Below, piece after piece: positions 37,906 through 48,400 of a DNA stretch of 64,000 bases. The stretch is from Marsupella aquatica (Eukaryota > Plantae > Marchantiophyta), in assembly GCA_973895155.1 (NCBI GenBank), contig OZ316891.1:24241899-24305898 (forward strand). The letters are read 5' to 3'. Positions within the stretch are counted from its first letter, which is position 1; every line of letters begins with the position of its first letter. The notes below the pieces were generated by a model that was not told the DNA's origin, searched no databases, and saw only the letters and a program-made list of their open reading frames with translations. Made by a program: the position numbers and the translations under genes.

Positions 37906-39222
37906 TGTGGTGCGTCCCATGGCTCCCTAAACCCAAGAAACCCCCCAGCTCAAGCCAATTCCCGCAGGTTTCGTGCTTGGCGAGGCCGTTTCCGCGGCTT
38001 AGCGGCATGGGACGCTGCTAACCTTCTACTACTACTATTAACATTTTACACACATATACTGGACAGATCCTTCATCGGGTCATGAGATACGTAGCCGGCC
38101 TAATATAGGCCTTCCCCTGTCTTCCCCTGTCTTCCCCTCCGTCTTGTTAGGTATGTTTGGATTCCGCCGCCGGAATGATCCCCAATAGGCTTGGTTAAGC
38201 CGCTAAGACCTCTCTCAGCTCGACACATCCAACTCTCACTCCCCTGCTTACTTTCCTTCCTTCTGTTGATGTGGGCACTCTTCACACAAGTTAATGCGAC
38301 ACACAAATAGCAAAATGACTCATTCTGACTGAGTCATACCATGCACTTGCCATACAAACAGTACATCTCATACACAAGTTCTGCGAACTAAGCCGTGAGG
38401 CCAACTCTATTCAGCTCTTAGGCATGAGGAAACATGAATATACACAAGGGTCACTGTATGACTAACCGAGAGCTTCTCGTACTACTTGATCCCAGCCCGG
38501 CTGGTGCAAACTAAAAACTTGCTAAAGAAGAGGCCCTGAGCTCCCCGCTGCCCAGGTACTTATCCTGGTAGTGGATCCGCCATTCTTTGCATCGTAAGCC
38601 TAATTTACCTGACAGTAATCTACTTGCCCGAATCTACCTATGTACAGCAAGGCAGGAGCACAAGTGTTGCTCCTACCAGTGGGACCGCAATCCCACTAAG
38701 CTAAGTGTCAGGGCCGCTCCTGGTTCTGATCCTAATCCTAAACGTGGAGATCCGCGCCCGCCCTGCCCACTCACGCCTCCTCCCTCCACGTCCGCCCTCC
38801 CTAAAAGGAACGGCGCCCTTGCACCGTCACGACACCGGTGGTGGATCCTCAATGGACGCCCCCAACACTTCCTCCTCAGCCACTGCCGTTGGCCCGCCTA
38901 CTGACAGATTACCTGCCCTTGACCGAGTCAACTCTCCATCGGCCTGACTGGGTCCACCTTCGGCTTCAGCCTCGACACCGGCCTCGGCAATACCCACGGC
39001 TTCGGCCTCAGCCACTCCCACAGCTTCGGCTTCAGCCACTCCCTAGGGTAGTTGGATCCTTAGCCGTGACCCTGTCTGGGGTCGGTGCTGGGTCTACCTC
39101 CTTGATCACCACGGCCTGTGAAGTCGTATTTTCCTTGTTTTGTCACTATACTAAGGTGTTCCTAGGGTGCCTTCCTGCTTTACCCACTTAACCGGCCGAG
39201 TGATTCCTGTCTAGGCATCACA
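37906..39222 (-). repeat. Gypsy-A 3' LTR (1317 bp, internally deleted)
   Basis: Matches 45447-46663 joined to 49984-50075; PPT AAGTGGGGAGCTA at 39235-39223. Confidence 0.95.
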
Positions 39223-42200
39223 TAGCTCCCCACTTAATTGTGAAGCGTCCTCGCGAACAACTTCATCTTCGTCCATATAGTATTTCTTGAGGTGGTCATA
39301 ATGGATGCGAACTGGATATACCTCTCCCGTAATGTTGGCCAATTGTACGGAGCCATTGGGGAACATCATGGTTACTCTAAAGGGTCCTAACCAGCGAGTG
39401 TAAAGCTTTCCTGGAAACCTACTATACCTACTGTCATAAAGTAGCACAAGATCACCGGTATGAATACTAACTACTTTTAACCTTTTATCATACTGCTGCT
39501 TCATGATATTCTGTCTATATTCTACTCTCTCGGCTGAAATCATTCTCGCTTCCTCTAAAGCTTCTAACCTATATTCTCGCTCCTTTAGGCTCTCCTCCGC
39601 TGAGGCTCTTTCCTCAATTGTAACTTGAAATGTCGGTATCTCAAGTTGCATGGGTACCAGGGCTTCTTGTCCAAAGGTTAAGAAGAAGGGTGTATGACCG
39701 GTAGTGGATTTATAGGCAAGATTGTAAGCAAAAACAGCAGCAAACAATTTATCATCCCAATCGAGTTTGTTCTGAGCTACTGTCTTGTTCAATATCTTTC
39801 CTATGATTCCGTTTGCTCGTTCTGTCAACCCGTTTGCCTTTGGATGGTAGGGAGTAGTAGGCCTATGTTTAACTAAATACTGCTCATTTAAACGACTAAT
39901 TATATCATTCAAAAAATGGGTTCCTCTATCACTAACTAATTCTAGGGGTGCTCCATACCTGGTGAAGATCTGCTCATACATGAATCTAGCCGTAGTAATT
40001 GCATCATCCTTCGTTGTTGGTCTGGCCTCTACCCATTTAGTTGCATAATCCGTAGCCAGGATTATGTACTTGTTCCGTCGAGGGTGGGTCAGTGGTTTCA
40101 GAGGTCCAATGTAATCAATACCCCACTTCTCGAATGGTGCCAGAGGTAGAATAGGGTGCAGTGGATGCCTGGTGGACGCCCTTGGTCCTCCCGCTCGTTG
40201 ACAAGGATCGCATTGTTTGATAAACTGATAGACATCTTTGTGCAAGGTGGGCCACCAGTAACCGGCATTTAATATCTTCTTAGACGTGGTTACTGGGGCA
40301 AAATGTCCTCCGGCCTCCTCTCCATGCATGGCCCGTAGGACTCGTTTTACCTCTCTCTTTTCCAAACATCTTTGAATCGTGTCGTTGATTCCATGCTTGT
40401 GCAGTATGCCTTTAATGCACTGATACCGTCTGACCTTCCGCACAAAGACTGCGGCTTGCTCTCGGCTTAATCCTGGCTGTAATCTGGAAGTGCTGAGAAA
40501 TTGTAAAATCTCAGGGTACCATGTACCAGCTATTTCCACAACGAATAGCTCCTCGTCGGGGAATCGATCATCGATGCAATCCGTGGTAGGTTTACCTGTG
40601 ATCCTTGAAAAGAAGTCGGCATTGGCATGTAACTTTCCCGGCTTGATCCTCAGCTCATAGTCAAACTCCTGTAATAGCAAAATCCATCTTGCTACTCTGC
40701 CTGTAAGGTCCGGCTTATTGACTAGGTACTTCAAACTTTCATGATCAGTATGAAAGATTACCTTGTACCCTAGTAAATAATGCCTAAACTTTTTACAAGA
40801 ATAAATGACTCCTAATGCTTCTCTTTCCGTGGTAGAGTAGTTCCGTTCGGCATCGGCAAGCTGACGGCTTGCGAAGTATATGGGATGGTCCCTTCCTTTC
40901 TCATCCAACTGACTTAGTACTGAGCCAATACAGAAGCCCGAGACATCTACAAAAACATGAAAATCTTTGTTCCAGTCCGGTGCTATCATGACTGGGGCCT
41001 CTACTAACATCTGCTTCAATTCTACCACCGCTGTGACTCGTTCGGGTGTGGGTTCGAAGTCTGCTCCTGCCTTGAGCATATTGGTTAATGGTAAAGCTAG
41101 CTTGGCAAAATCCTTGATGAACCGGCGATAGTAACCAATGCATCCCAAGAAGGATCTTACATCCTTTATGTTCTTAGGTTGCATGATATCTAGCCATACT
41201 GCTAGCTTACCTTTGTCAATCTCAATGCCCTTCCTTGATACCTTGTGACCTAGTAGCACCCCCTCGGTTATTGCAAAAAAACATTTATCTGGGTGTAACT
41301 TGAGACCCACCTCTCTACATCTCATGAAGGTTTTCCTGAGGTATTTAGCATGTTTCGATGCCTTCCCGAATACTGCAAAGTCATCAATGAAGATTTCCAT
41401 GAACTTTCTCAAGTAATCATGAAAAATGTTCACCATTAATCGTTGGAACATAGCTGGTGCGTTGCAGAGTCCAAACGGCATACGATTGAAGACATAGATC
41501 CCCCATTCCGTGATGAAGGCCGTCTTGATTTGGTCTTCCTGCCGAATCCTGATTTGGTTATAACCAGAGTATCCATCCATGAATGAATATAGTTCATGAC
41601 TGGCTACCATGTCTAGTACCATATCAGTAAACGGTAAAGGAAAATGGTCTTTTAATGTTGCTTCATTCAGCTTCCTGTAATCCTGACAAACCCGGATCTT
41701 GGGTTTACCATCGGGTCCAGCTTTCTTGGGAACTATCACAATTGGAGACACCCAGTCTGAATGCAGGACTGGAGTGATGAATCCAGCTTCCACTAGTTTG
41801 TCGATTTCTGTTTTGACCAGCAGGGAATACTTCGGGTTCATCCTTCGAATTGGTTGTCGAAATGATTTGGCTCCTAACATGAGATCAATTCGATGTTCCC
41901 CTAGTGTTGGATCTACTCCCTTTAGATCTTGGTGACTCCATGCAAACACATCCTGAAATTCAATCAATAAGTCACTGATCTCTTTCTCGAGCTCAGGTGC
42001 TAGGTTTCTCCCTAAGTTCAGTTCTCTTCCCTCTCCTAAGTCGAGCTTCCGATATTGCCGTGCTTGGATCATATTAATCTGCTTCTTCAAATTCGGGTCC
42101 AGTTCGGCTTCCAGTCTCTCTAATCTCATACCTCCATAAACTGGGATCTCGGCTGGACTAGCCGAGTTGGTCCCTTCCTTGGTGTCCATAGATTGTCCCC

Positions 42201-42453
42201 TTACCGGTCTATTCGGTTTTGAATTAGTGGTCGGCTCCCCTTCCTGCCTTGGCTCTGGATCGTGTCTGTCCATCTCATCCACTTCTTGCTCCTGAGAGTT
42301 AGGCCGCTGTGCTCTCTCGGCTTCTAATAGGGCCTCAATTTGTTCTGCCCTCGTAATCGGCTTGTATGCCGATCCCTTGGTATTTAATTCCTTGCCGATG
42401 ATCGATGGCGTTGTGGACCCCGTCGGCTCTGCCACAACGCCTGCAGAAAATCC
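39211..42453 (-). CDS. pol: Gypsy-A pol (RT, RNase H, integrase with GPY/F-type tail), probably translated by -1 frameshift
   Basis: Open 1088-codon frame: CQDYRKLN, MDGYSGYNQ, MPFGLCNAP, FIDD; DVS...EREAL; HHCC, WGIDY, SDRG, ANGLTER, RWLGPF. Confidence 0.95.
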   Translation of the reverse strand, partial: GFSAGVVAEPTGSTTPSIIGKELNTKGSAYKPITRAEQIEALLEAERAQRPNSQEQEVDEMDRHDPEPRQEGEPTTNSKPNRPVRGQSMDTKEGTNSASPAEIPVYGGMRLERLEAELDPNLKKQINMIQARQYRKLDLGEGRELNLGRNLAPELEKEISDLLIEFQDVFAWSHQDLKGVDPTLGEHRIDLMLGAKSFRQPIRRMNPKYSLLVKTEIDKLVEAGFITPVLHSDWVSPIVIVPKKAGPDGKPKIRVCQDYRKLNEATLKDHFPLPFTDMVLDMVASHELYSFMDGYSGYNQIRIRQEDQIKTAFITEWGIYVFNRMPFGLCNAPAMFQRLMVNIFHDYLRKFMEIFIDDFAVFGKASKHAKYLRKTFMRCREVGLKLHPDKCFFAITEGVLLGHKVSRKGIEIDKGKLAVWLDIMQPKNIKDVRSFLGCIGYYRRFIKDFAKLALPLTNMLKAGADFEPTPERVTAVVELKQMLVEAPVMIAPDWNKDFHVFVDVSGFCIGSVLSQLDEKGRDHPIYFASRQLADAERNYSTTEREALGVIYSCKKFRHYLLGYKVIFHTDHESLKYLVNKPDLTGRVARWILLLQEFDYELRIKPGKLHANADFFSRITGKPTTDCIDDRFPDEELFVVEIAGTWYPEILQFLSTSRLQPGLSREQAAVFVRKVRRYQCIKGILHKHGINDTIQRCLEKREVKRVLRAMHGEEAGGHFAPVTTSKKILNAGYWWPTLHKDVYQFIKQCDPCQRAGGPRASTRHPLHPILPLAPFEKWGIDYIGPLKPLTHPRRNKYIILATDYATKWVEARPTTKDDAITTARFMYEQIFTRYGAPLELVSDRGTHFLNDIISRLNEQYLVKHRPTTPYHPKANGLTERANGIIGKILNKTVAQNKLDWDDKLFAAVFAYNLAYKSTTGHTPFFLTFGQEALVPMQLEIPTFQVTIEERASAEESLKEREYRLEALEEARMISAERVEYRQNIMKQQYDKRLKVVSIHTGDLVLLYDSRYSRFPGKLYTRWLGPFRVTMMFPNGSVQLANITGEVYPVRIHYDHLKKYYMDEDEVVREDASQLSGELCDA

Positions 42454-45377
42454 ACTGTCCCTGCTACTGCTCCCCACTTAGCCGTTTCATCCAATTGGTC
42501 TACATCCTTTACTTCCTCCGGAATTGCAGCTAAAAAGGTGGATTCTATTGTAAAGCAGTCCTCGACCTCTTCGTCTTCTTCTTCCAAGTCACCTTCCATT
42601 GGTTCTTGCCATAATCCGCTGGGGGGTACCTCTGGTCCAAAGACACCTTCTTCGGTTAGGTTAGTGAGGCATTCTAACCAACGTACTTCATCGGCTGACT
42701 CCAGTCCACTGTCGTACCCATCTACTTCCCTTATGCTTTTCCTACGGTCATCCTTAGTGTCCCAGGATACCGTGATAGAGGGGGTCCCGAAAGTGAACTG
42801 CTTTTTACCCCAATCTTCTATTACCTCGGCTAGGTACAGCCATGGCCTACCAATCAATAGCCGGAATGACGTAGGATTTACCGGCTTCATTACTACATAG
42901 TTAATGCTAAAGAAGATACCTCCTATCTCTGTCTTGATGCCGGTTAACACTCCCGTCGGAATGACCTGATATCCATTGGCCATGTTCAACACTCTTCCAG
43001 TCATCTCCGGTGTTAGACCCCACCCTTTTGCTGTTGAATCAATCATAATACATACCCCTGATCCTCCATCGATGGGTACCCGTAGTAATAATTCTCCTTG
43101 AATCATTAATGGTAATGCTGGGGCTCCTTGATCTTCTTCTATCATTAGTACGTCGGATCTGGTTGCTACCTTGGGTAATCTCGGCTTGCCGAGAATAGCC
43201 TTCCTTAATTGCTTCCGGAAGTACGGGCTATTTTTCAATAGTTGACCTACTGTTGCTGAGACTCTAGATTCTAGTACATTTTTAGCCAGGTCATAGGGAA
43301 CAATCGGCTTCTCTTCTGGTGGTGTTTCCGTCTTGGATTCGGCCAGTTTTGCCACGCTAGTCTCCACAGCTGTTGGGTCTTCCGAAGCAAACAATGCTTT
43401 TGCTCGTTTTACATCCTTGGCAATGGCTTCGGTATTCTCCAGGGTTTCTAATTCTCTTAGTTGTTCCTTAACACTAGCCGTAACAGAGGGGTAGAACAAC
43501 TTAGGATGATCTCGATTGAAGTCGCTATCTTGTGAAGGATTGGTTTCACTGGTGGGCTCATGGCTTACCTGTATTGCTGGAGCCCTCCCTACTCCTTCTG
43601 TTGATGTTGACGAAGAGTCGATCCTTTCCTCCATAACCTTCCCTTTATTTTTGGCCAGCCCATCCCACCTTTCCTTCCTTCTGGTAGATCGAGTAGAGAC
43701 CCGGTAGCAATCATGATCTAAATCCTCCTCTGAGAAGGTTGATAGGGCTTCGGCCTCATCATCAGATGGTACGAACTCTGCCTCGGCATCCTCTTGCCAT
43801 CCTAGTTCGATGTGGTTGATTTGAACTCCTTCGGGGGTAGTACCTGGCGGTAAGATCTTGATCGGCAAAAGCTTATGATTTGCGGCCAGGCCTGCCAACC
43901 AAGTAGGACATTGCCCTAGCATATGACCTTCCTGTCGGCATCCCATACATAGCTGAGCTGGTTGTCCATCACCCTGTTTGCGTGCATTCGGGCATTCTCT
44001 AGCAAAATGGCCAGGTTGACCACAATTATAGCACGCCGCAAATCTTTGCACATTCGGCCTAGGAGGTACTGACGGGTTCTGAATAATCCGAGGATACATC
44101 TCTCCTGGATTGTTCCTTAACCCTGACCACAGAGATGCAGGTCTGTTGGATAGGTCTCGTGCTCCAATCTCACTGATGCCGAAAACACTATCAGCGGCAT
44201 CTCCCAAAAAGTACTCTACTTCTCCCTGACATGGTCTGATCTCGGCCACATGCCGAACATGATTAGTATTAAGCTTAGGACACGCATCTTTATGGTGTCC
44301 GGTTTTATAACATAAGGCACACCATACAGAGCTATCCTCCTGTACTACCTTCTTCTTTGGTTTTACCTCTGCAATGATAGCCTTAAGTTGCTCGGTAAGG
44401 GCTACGATGTTATCTGGTGGCTTAGCCTCCATCTTGACTTTCGTCTTCCCTCTCCTTCTGCCCTTCCTTTTCCTAGTTTTTTCTTCTTCAGAACTAGAAG
44501 ATGACTCACTCTTGCTACTCCCACTATTCGAGCTTGACTTATCACTTCTAGACTTCTTGGAATGTTTCTTCTTCTTATCTTTTTTCTTATGGGGTGATCC
44601 CTCCTCTGATGAGGAACTCTCAGACTTAAGCTGTTTCTTCCGGCTTGTGATATCTGCATTAATGTATAATTGAATATCCTTAATTGCTTCGGCTAAAGTC
44701 TCCGGGTTCTCCTTCCTAATTGCAAAACTCATCTTCTGTGGCAAAGCATTCACCAACCATTGAAGTTGCATACCTTCAGATACATTGGTCTTTGTACGTC
44801 TTACCAGTTTCTGAAAGCGTTGCAAGAACTTCCTGAAGGATTTGTTCTCCTTGAACCAAAGTTGTCCCAACTTCAGCACTGCTAGTTCTGAAGTTCCAAT
44901 GGGTCGAAACTCCTTAACAAAGAGTGTTTTGAAGATATCCCAGATGGCTTGATCTTCCACATCTAATGCTCTGTACCAAGGCCTAGCCTCACCCTTGAAC
45001 AGGCCGGGAAGAATCTGCATCTTGATGGCCGATTCTCCATTTGCTGCAGCGGTTCCCTCGAAATCATCCAACCATTCGTCCGGATCCTCATCTCCTCTCC
45101 CATGAAATGCCTTGTAATGTATGCGCGACCGCTGGCTCAATCTGGTCCCTGGCCTCTCGTCTGGCCGTGCCTCTGGTTCCCCCATGTCGGTTGGAGACTC
45201 ACTTCTCCTTACCGACTCTTCTTCTGGTATGTCTTCTTTGACGCCACTTCCAGTTTCGGAGCTACCAGCTCTTTCTGCCCCTCTCAGTCGCTGTGTATCA
45301 TGCCACCCGGCGAGCTGCTGCAGTCGAGCTCTCTCCCGTTGAATCACTCTTTCTTCCCTCGGCGTAAGGTCAGTCAT
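42384..45377 (-). CDS. gag: Gypsy-A gag-protease polyprotein (997 aa)
   Basis: DPDEWLDDFE...GEARPWY gag core, three CCHC knuckles, protease VPIDGGSGVC...LLIGRPWL. Confidence 0.95.
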   Translation of the reverse strand: MTDLTPREERVIQRERARLQQLAGWHDTQRLRGAERAGSSETGSGVKEDIPEEESVRRSESPTDMGEPEARPDERPGTRLSQRSRIHYKAFHGRGDEDPDEWLDDFEGTAAANGESAIKMQILPGLFKGEARPWYRALDVEDQAIWDIFKTLFVKEFRPIGTSELAVLKLGQLWFKENKSFRKFLQRFQKLVRRTKTNVSEGMQLQWLVNALPQKMSFAIRKENPETLAEAIKDIQLYINADITSRKKQLKSESSSSEEGSPHKKKDKKKKHSKKSRSDKSSSNSGSSKSESSSSSEEEKTRKRKGRRRGKTKVKMEAKPPDNIVALTEQLKAIIAEVKPKKKVVQEDSSVWCALCYKTGHHKDACPKLNTNHVRHVAEIRPCQGEVEYFLGDAADSVFGISEIGARDLSNRPASLWSGLRNNPGEMYPRIIQNPSVPPRPNVQRFAACYNCGQPGHFARECPNARKQGDGQPAQLCMGCRQEGHMLGQCPTWLAGLAANHKLLPIKILPPGTTPEGVQINHIELGWQEDAEAEFVPSDDEAEALSTFSEEDLDHDCYRVSTRSTRRKERWDGLAKNKGKVMEERIDSSSTSTEGVGRAPAIQVSHEPTSETNPSQDSDFNRDHPKLFYPSVTASVKEQLRELETLENTEAIAKDVKRAKALFASEDPTAVETSVAKLAESKTETPPEEKPIVPYDLAKNVLESRVSATVGQLLKNSPYFRKQLRKAILGKPRLPKVATRSDVLMIEEDQGAPALPLMIQGELLLRVPIDGGSGVCIMIDSTAKGWGLTPEMTGRVLNMANGYQVIPTGVLTGIKTEIGGIFFSINYVVMKPVNPTSFRLLIGRPWLYLAEVIEDWGKKQFTFGTPSITVSWDTKDDRRKSIREVDGYDSGLESADEVRWLECLTNLTEEGVFGPEVPPSGLWQEPMEGDLEEEDEEVEDCFTIESTFLAAIPEEVKDVDQLDETAKWGAVAGTVDFLQALWQSRRGPQRHRSSARN
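42394..42453 (-). promoter_or_regulatory. Putative programmed -1 ribosomal frameshift signal (slippery heptamer + H-type pseudoknot)
   Basis: G_GAT_TTT (42453-42447) in gag frame, 5-nt spacer, 10-bp stem GGCGTTGTGG/CCACAACGCC, loop GCCGA pairs with downstream TCGGC; the -1 slip enters the pol frame. Confidence 0.8.
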
Positions 45378-45425
45378 TACCTACGCTTCCGTTCTAACTT
45401 CATATCTCACGGCTTAAGAAATGCC

Positions 45426-45442
45426 CCCTCCATCTAGCGCCA
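45426..45442 (-). promoter_or_regulatory. Gypsy-A PBS, tRNA-Asn-like (TGGCGCTAGATGGAGGG)
   Basis: Four nt inside the 5' LTR; one mismatch to the complement of the plant tRNA-Asn(GUU) 3' end as I recall it. Confidence 0.75.
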
Positions 45443-45446
45443 AAAA

Positions 45447-48400
45447 TGTGGTGCGTCCCATGGCTCCCTAAACCCAAGAAACCCCCCAGCTCAAGCCGAT
45501 TCCCGCAGGTTTCGTGCTTGGTGAGGCCGTTTCCGCGGCTTAGCGGCATGGGACGCTGCTAACCTTCTACTACTACTATTAACATTTTACACACATATAC
45601 TGGACAGATCCTTCATCGGGTCATGAGATACGTAGCCGGCCTAATATAGGCCTTCCCCTGTCTTCCCCTCCGTCTTGTTAGGTATGTTTGGATTCCGCCG
45701 CCGGAATGATCCCCAATAGGCTTGGTTAAGCCGCTAAGACCTCTCTCAGCTCGACACATCCAACTCTCACTCCCCTGCTTACTTTCCTTCCTTCTGTTGA
45801 TGTGGGCACTCTTCACACAAGTTAATGCGACACACAAATAGCAAAATGACTCATTCTGACTGAGTCATACCATGCACTTGCCATACAAACAGTACATCTC
45901 ATACACAAGTTCTGCGAACTAAGCCGTGAGGCCATCTCTATTCAGCTCTTAGGCATGAGGAAACATGAATATACACACAAGGGTCACTGTATGACTAACC
46001 GAGAGCTTCTCGTACTACTTGATCCCAGCCCGGCTGGTGCAAACTAAAAACTTGCTAAAGAAGAGGCCCTGAGCTCCCCGCTGCCCAGGTACTTATCCTG
46101 GTAGTGGATCCGCCATTCTTTGCATCGTAAGCCTAATTTACCTGACAGTAATCTACTTGCCCGAATCTACCTATGTACAGCAAGGCAGGAGCACAAGTGT
46201 TGCTCCTACCAGTGGGACCGCAATCCCACTAAGCTAAGTGTCAGGGCCGCTCCTGGTTCTGATCCTAATCCTAAACGTGGAGATCCGCGCCCGCCCTGCC
46301 CACTCACGCCTCCTCCCTCCACGTCCGCCCTCCCTAAAAGGAACGGCGCCCTTGCACCGTCACGACACCGGTGGTGGATCCTCAATGGACGCCCCCAACA
46401 CTTCCTCCTCAGCCACTGCCGTTGGCCCGCCTACTGACAGATTACCTGCCCTTGACCGAGTCAACTCTCCATCGGCCTGACTGGGTCCACCTTCGGCTTC
46501 AGCCTCGACACCGGCCTCAGCAATACCCACGGCTTCGGCCTCAGCCACTCCCACGGCTTCGGCTTCAGCCACTCCCTAGGGTAGTTGGATCCTTAGCCGT
46601 GACCCTGTCTGGGGTCGGTGCTGGGTCTACCTCCTTGATCACCATGGCCTGTGAAGTCGTATTACTCCTTGACCCTGAAGGTTTCCGCTTCTTCTTCGTT
46701 GGTGGCTCGGCAGCTGGTCCCTTCCCCTTCCCACTTACTTCCGGCACTGGTGCAGTTGGCGCGGCTTGTCCTTCGGCAATTACCACCCCTGGTAACTGGT
46801 TTGTCCCAACGGGAGATGGACCTGCTGCAGCTAAGCATTTAAATACTGCGGCTTGTTTCTTCAGCCGCTCTGTTTGGTTGTCGGCCCGCCGCTGTAGGTT
46901 CTCCATCTTCCTCGTGATTTCCTCCAACTCCTCTTGGGTTTCATCCAGGTCCTTACGTGCCCCCTCCAGCTCGTTTTTGGCCTCCTCCTGCTCCCTGTGG
47001 GCTTCCTCCAATTCCTTCTTCAAGGTAGCCCTCTCCTCCCGGGTTGCTCTTAGCTCCTTGTCGAGCTCTGCAATGATGACAGACTCCATCTGGTTCATCT
47101 TGGCGTAAGTCTGTTTGAGCATCTCGTCCTTCTCCCTTAGGTCGGCCTTGAAGCTGGCCGTCAGGGACGCAAGCTCCTGCTGCAGCGCCATAATCCCTTG
47201 ATAGGATTTCCCTAACTCGACCTCTTTCTGCTCAAGGGCTCCGCGGATTTTCTCGAGCTCCCCTTTCAACGCCCATTCCTTTCTTTGGGTCTCCGCCATG
47301 GCCCGGCTGTTGGCTGTTATGTGGGCCTCCTCTGTATTCTTCAGCTCTTGCTTCCACTTCTCCCTCTCTTTGATCGTGTCGGCCAACTCTTCCTGCGTCT
47401 GAGTCAGTTTATCCTTGATATTCTGATTATCAGCCTGTGCGGTGTCCAACTGCCCCTGCATGATGTTCAGCTCATGTCGTTTAATCCGCAGTTCATCTTG
47501 GGCTTTCTTGGCCGCCCTTAGATCTTCAATCTCGGCTTCCATCCTCCTAAGCCGCCGAATGACCTCGTCCTTCTTGCTTCTCTCTAAAGCCACCGCTTCT
47601 TCTAATTGGTGCTTCTCCAACTGCTCCCTATGGAAAAAGGGTCCTATCTCCAACTCCTCTCCAAAGATGCCGAGCGCAAGTTCCCCACACATCTCACCAT
47701 ACTCCATGGCTCTATTCTTAGCGTAGGTGGAGTAAGTAGAAGTGATCGGCATCGCCCATCGTGGCCTCTGCTCCCAAGCCGTCCTGCGGATCTCTTCAAT
47801 CGTGGCTAGAGGTTTGCTTCCTTTTTCGGCTAGCCGCCTGATGTCCTCCGGCCAATCTCCTCCTGGTAAATCCTTTTCCTTAGCCAGGGCGGCCTCTTCC
47901 TCCTGCTTGATTCGCTCCTGAAATTCCTGCACCGTCTGTTTTATGCCGTCGAAGCTCGGGGGAGCAACATCTGGTGGGGGAGACTCAGGGCTACTCTGCT
48001 GGTTGGGGTCCCCTCGCACTACCCTTGGAAGTGTGGGGACAAACCGGCCACAGGTCCTTACTCCTGGAACGTGATGGTCCGACCCATAGCCGGAATTATC
48101 ATGGCTGCAGTCCTCCACTGCCTCCTCTACCTCTTGGACGTCCGGCTTCTCCCTCTCCTCTTCGTCGGTAGGAGCTTCAGGCAATTCTGCCTCAGATTCG
48201 GAGCTTGAGGTTCCCACGTACATTCGAACACCTGGCTTGGATTCCGGCCTGATTCTCTCCTTGTCTCCAGCAAAGGGGTTTTCTCTTGTGAGCCGGTGTA
48301 GGCCTACCTCTGTAGTAGTGTCCTGCATTGTTGCCGTTGCCGTTGTTGTTGCCGATGCCGATTTCTTTTCTTTCTCCAGTAGTTTCAGCAGACTCTGCAT

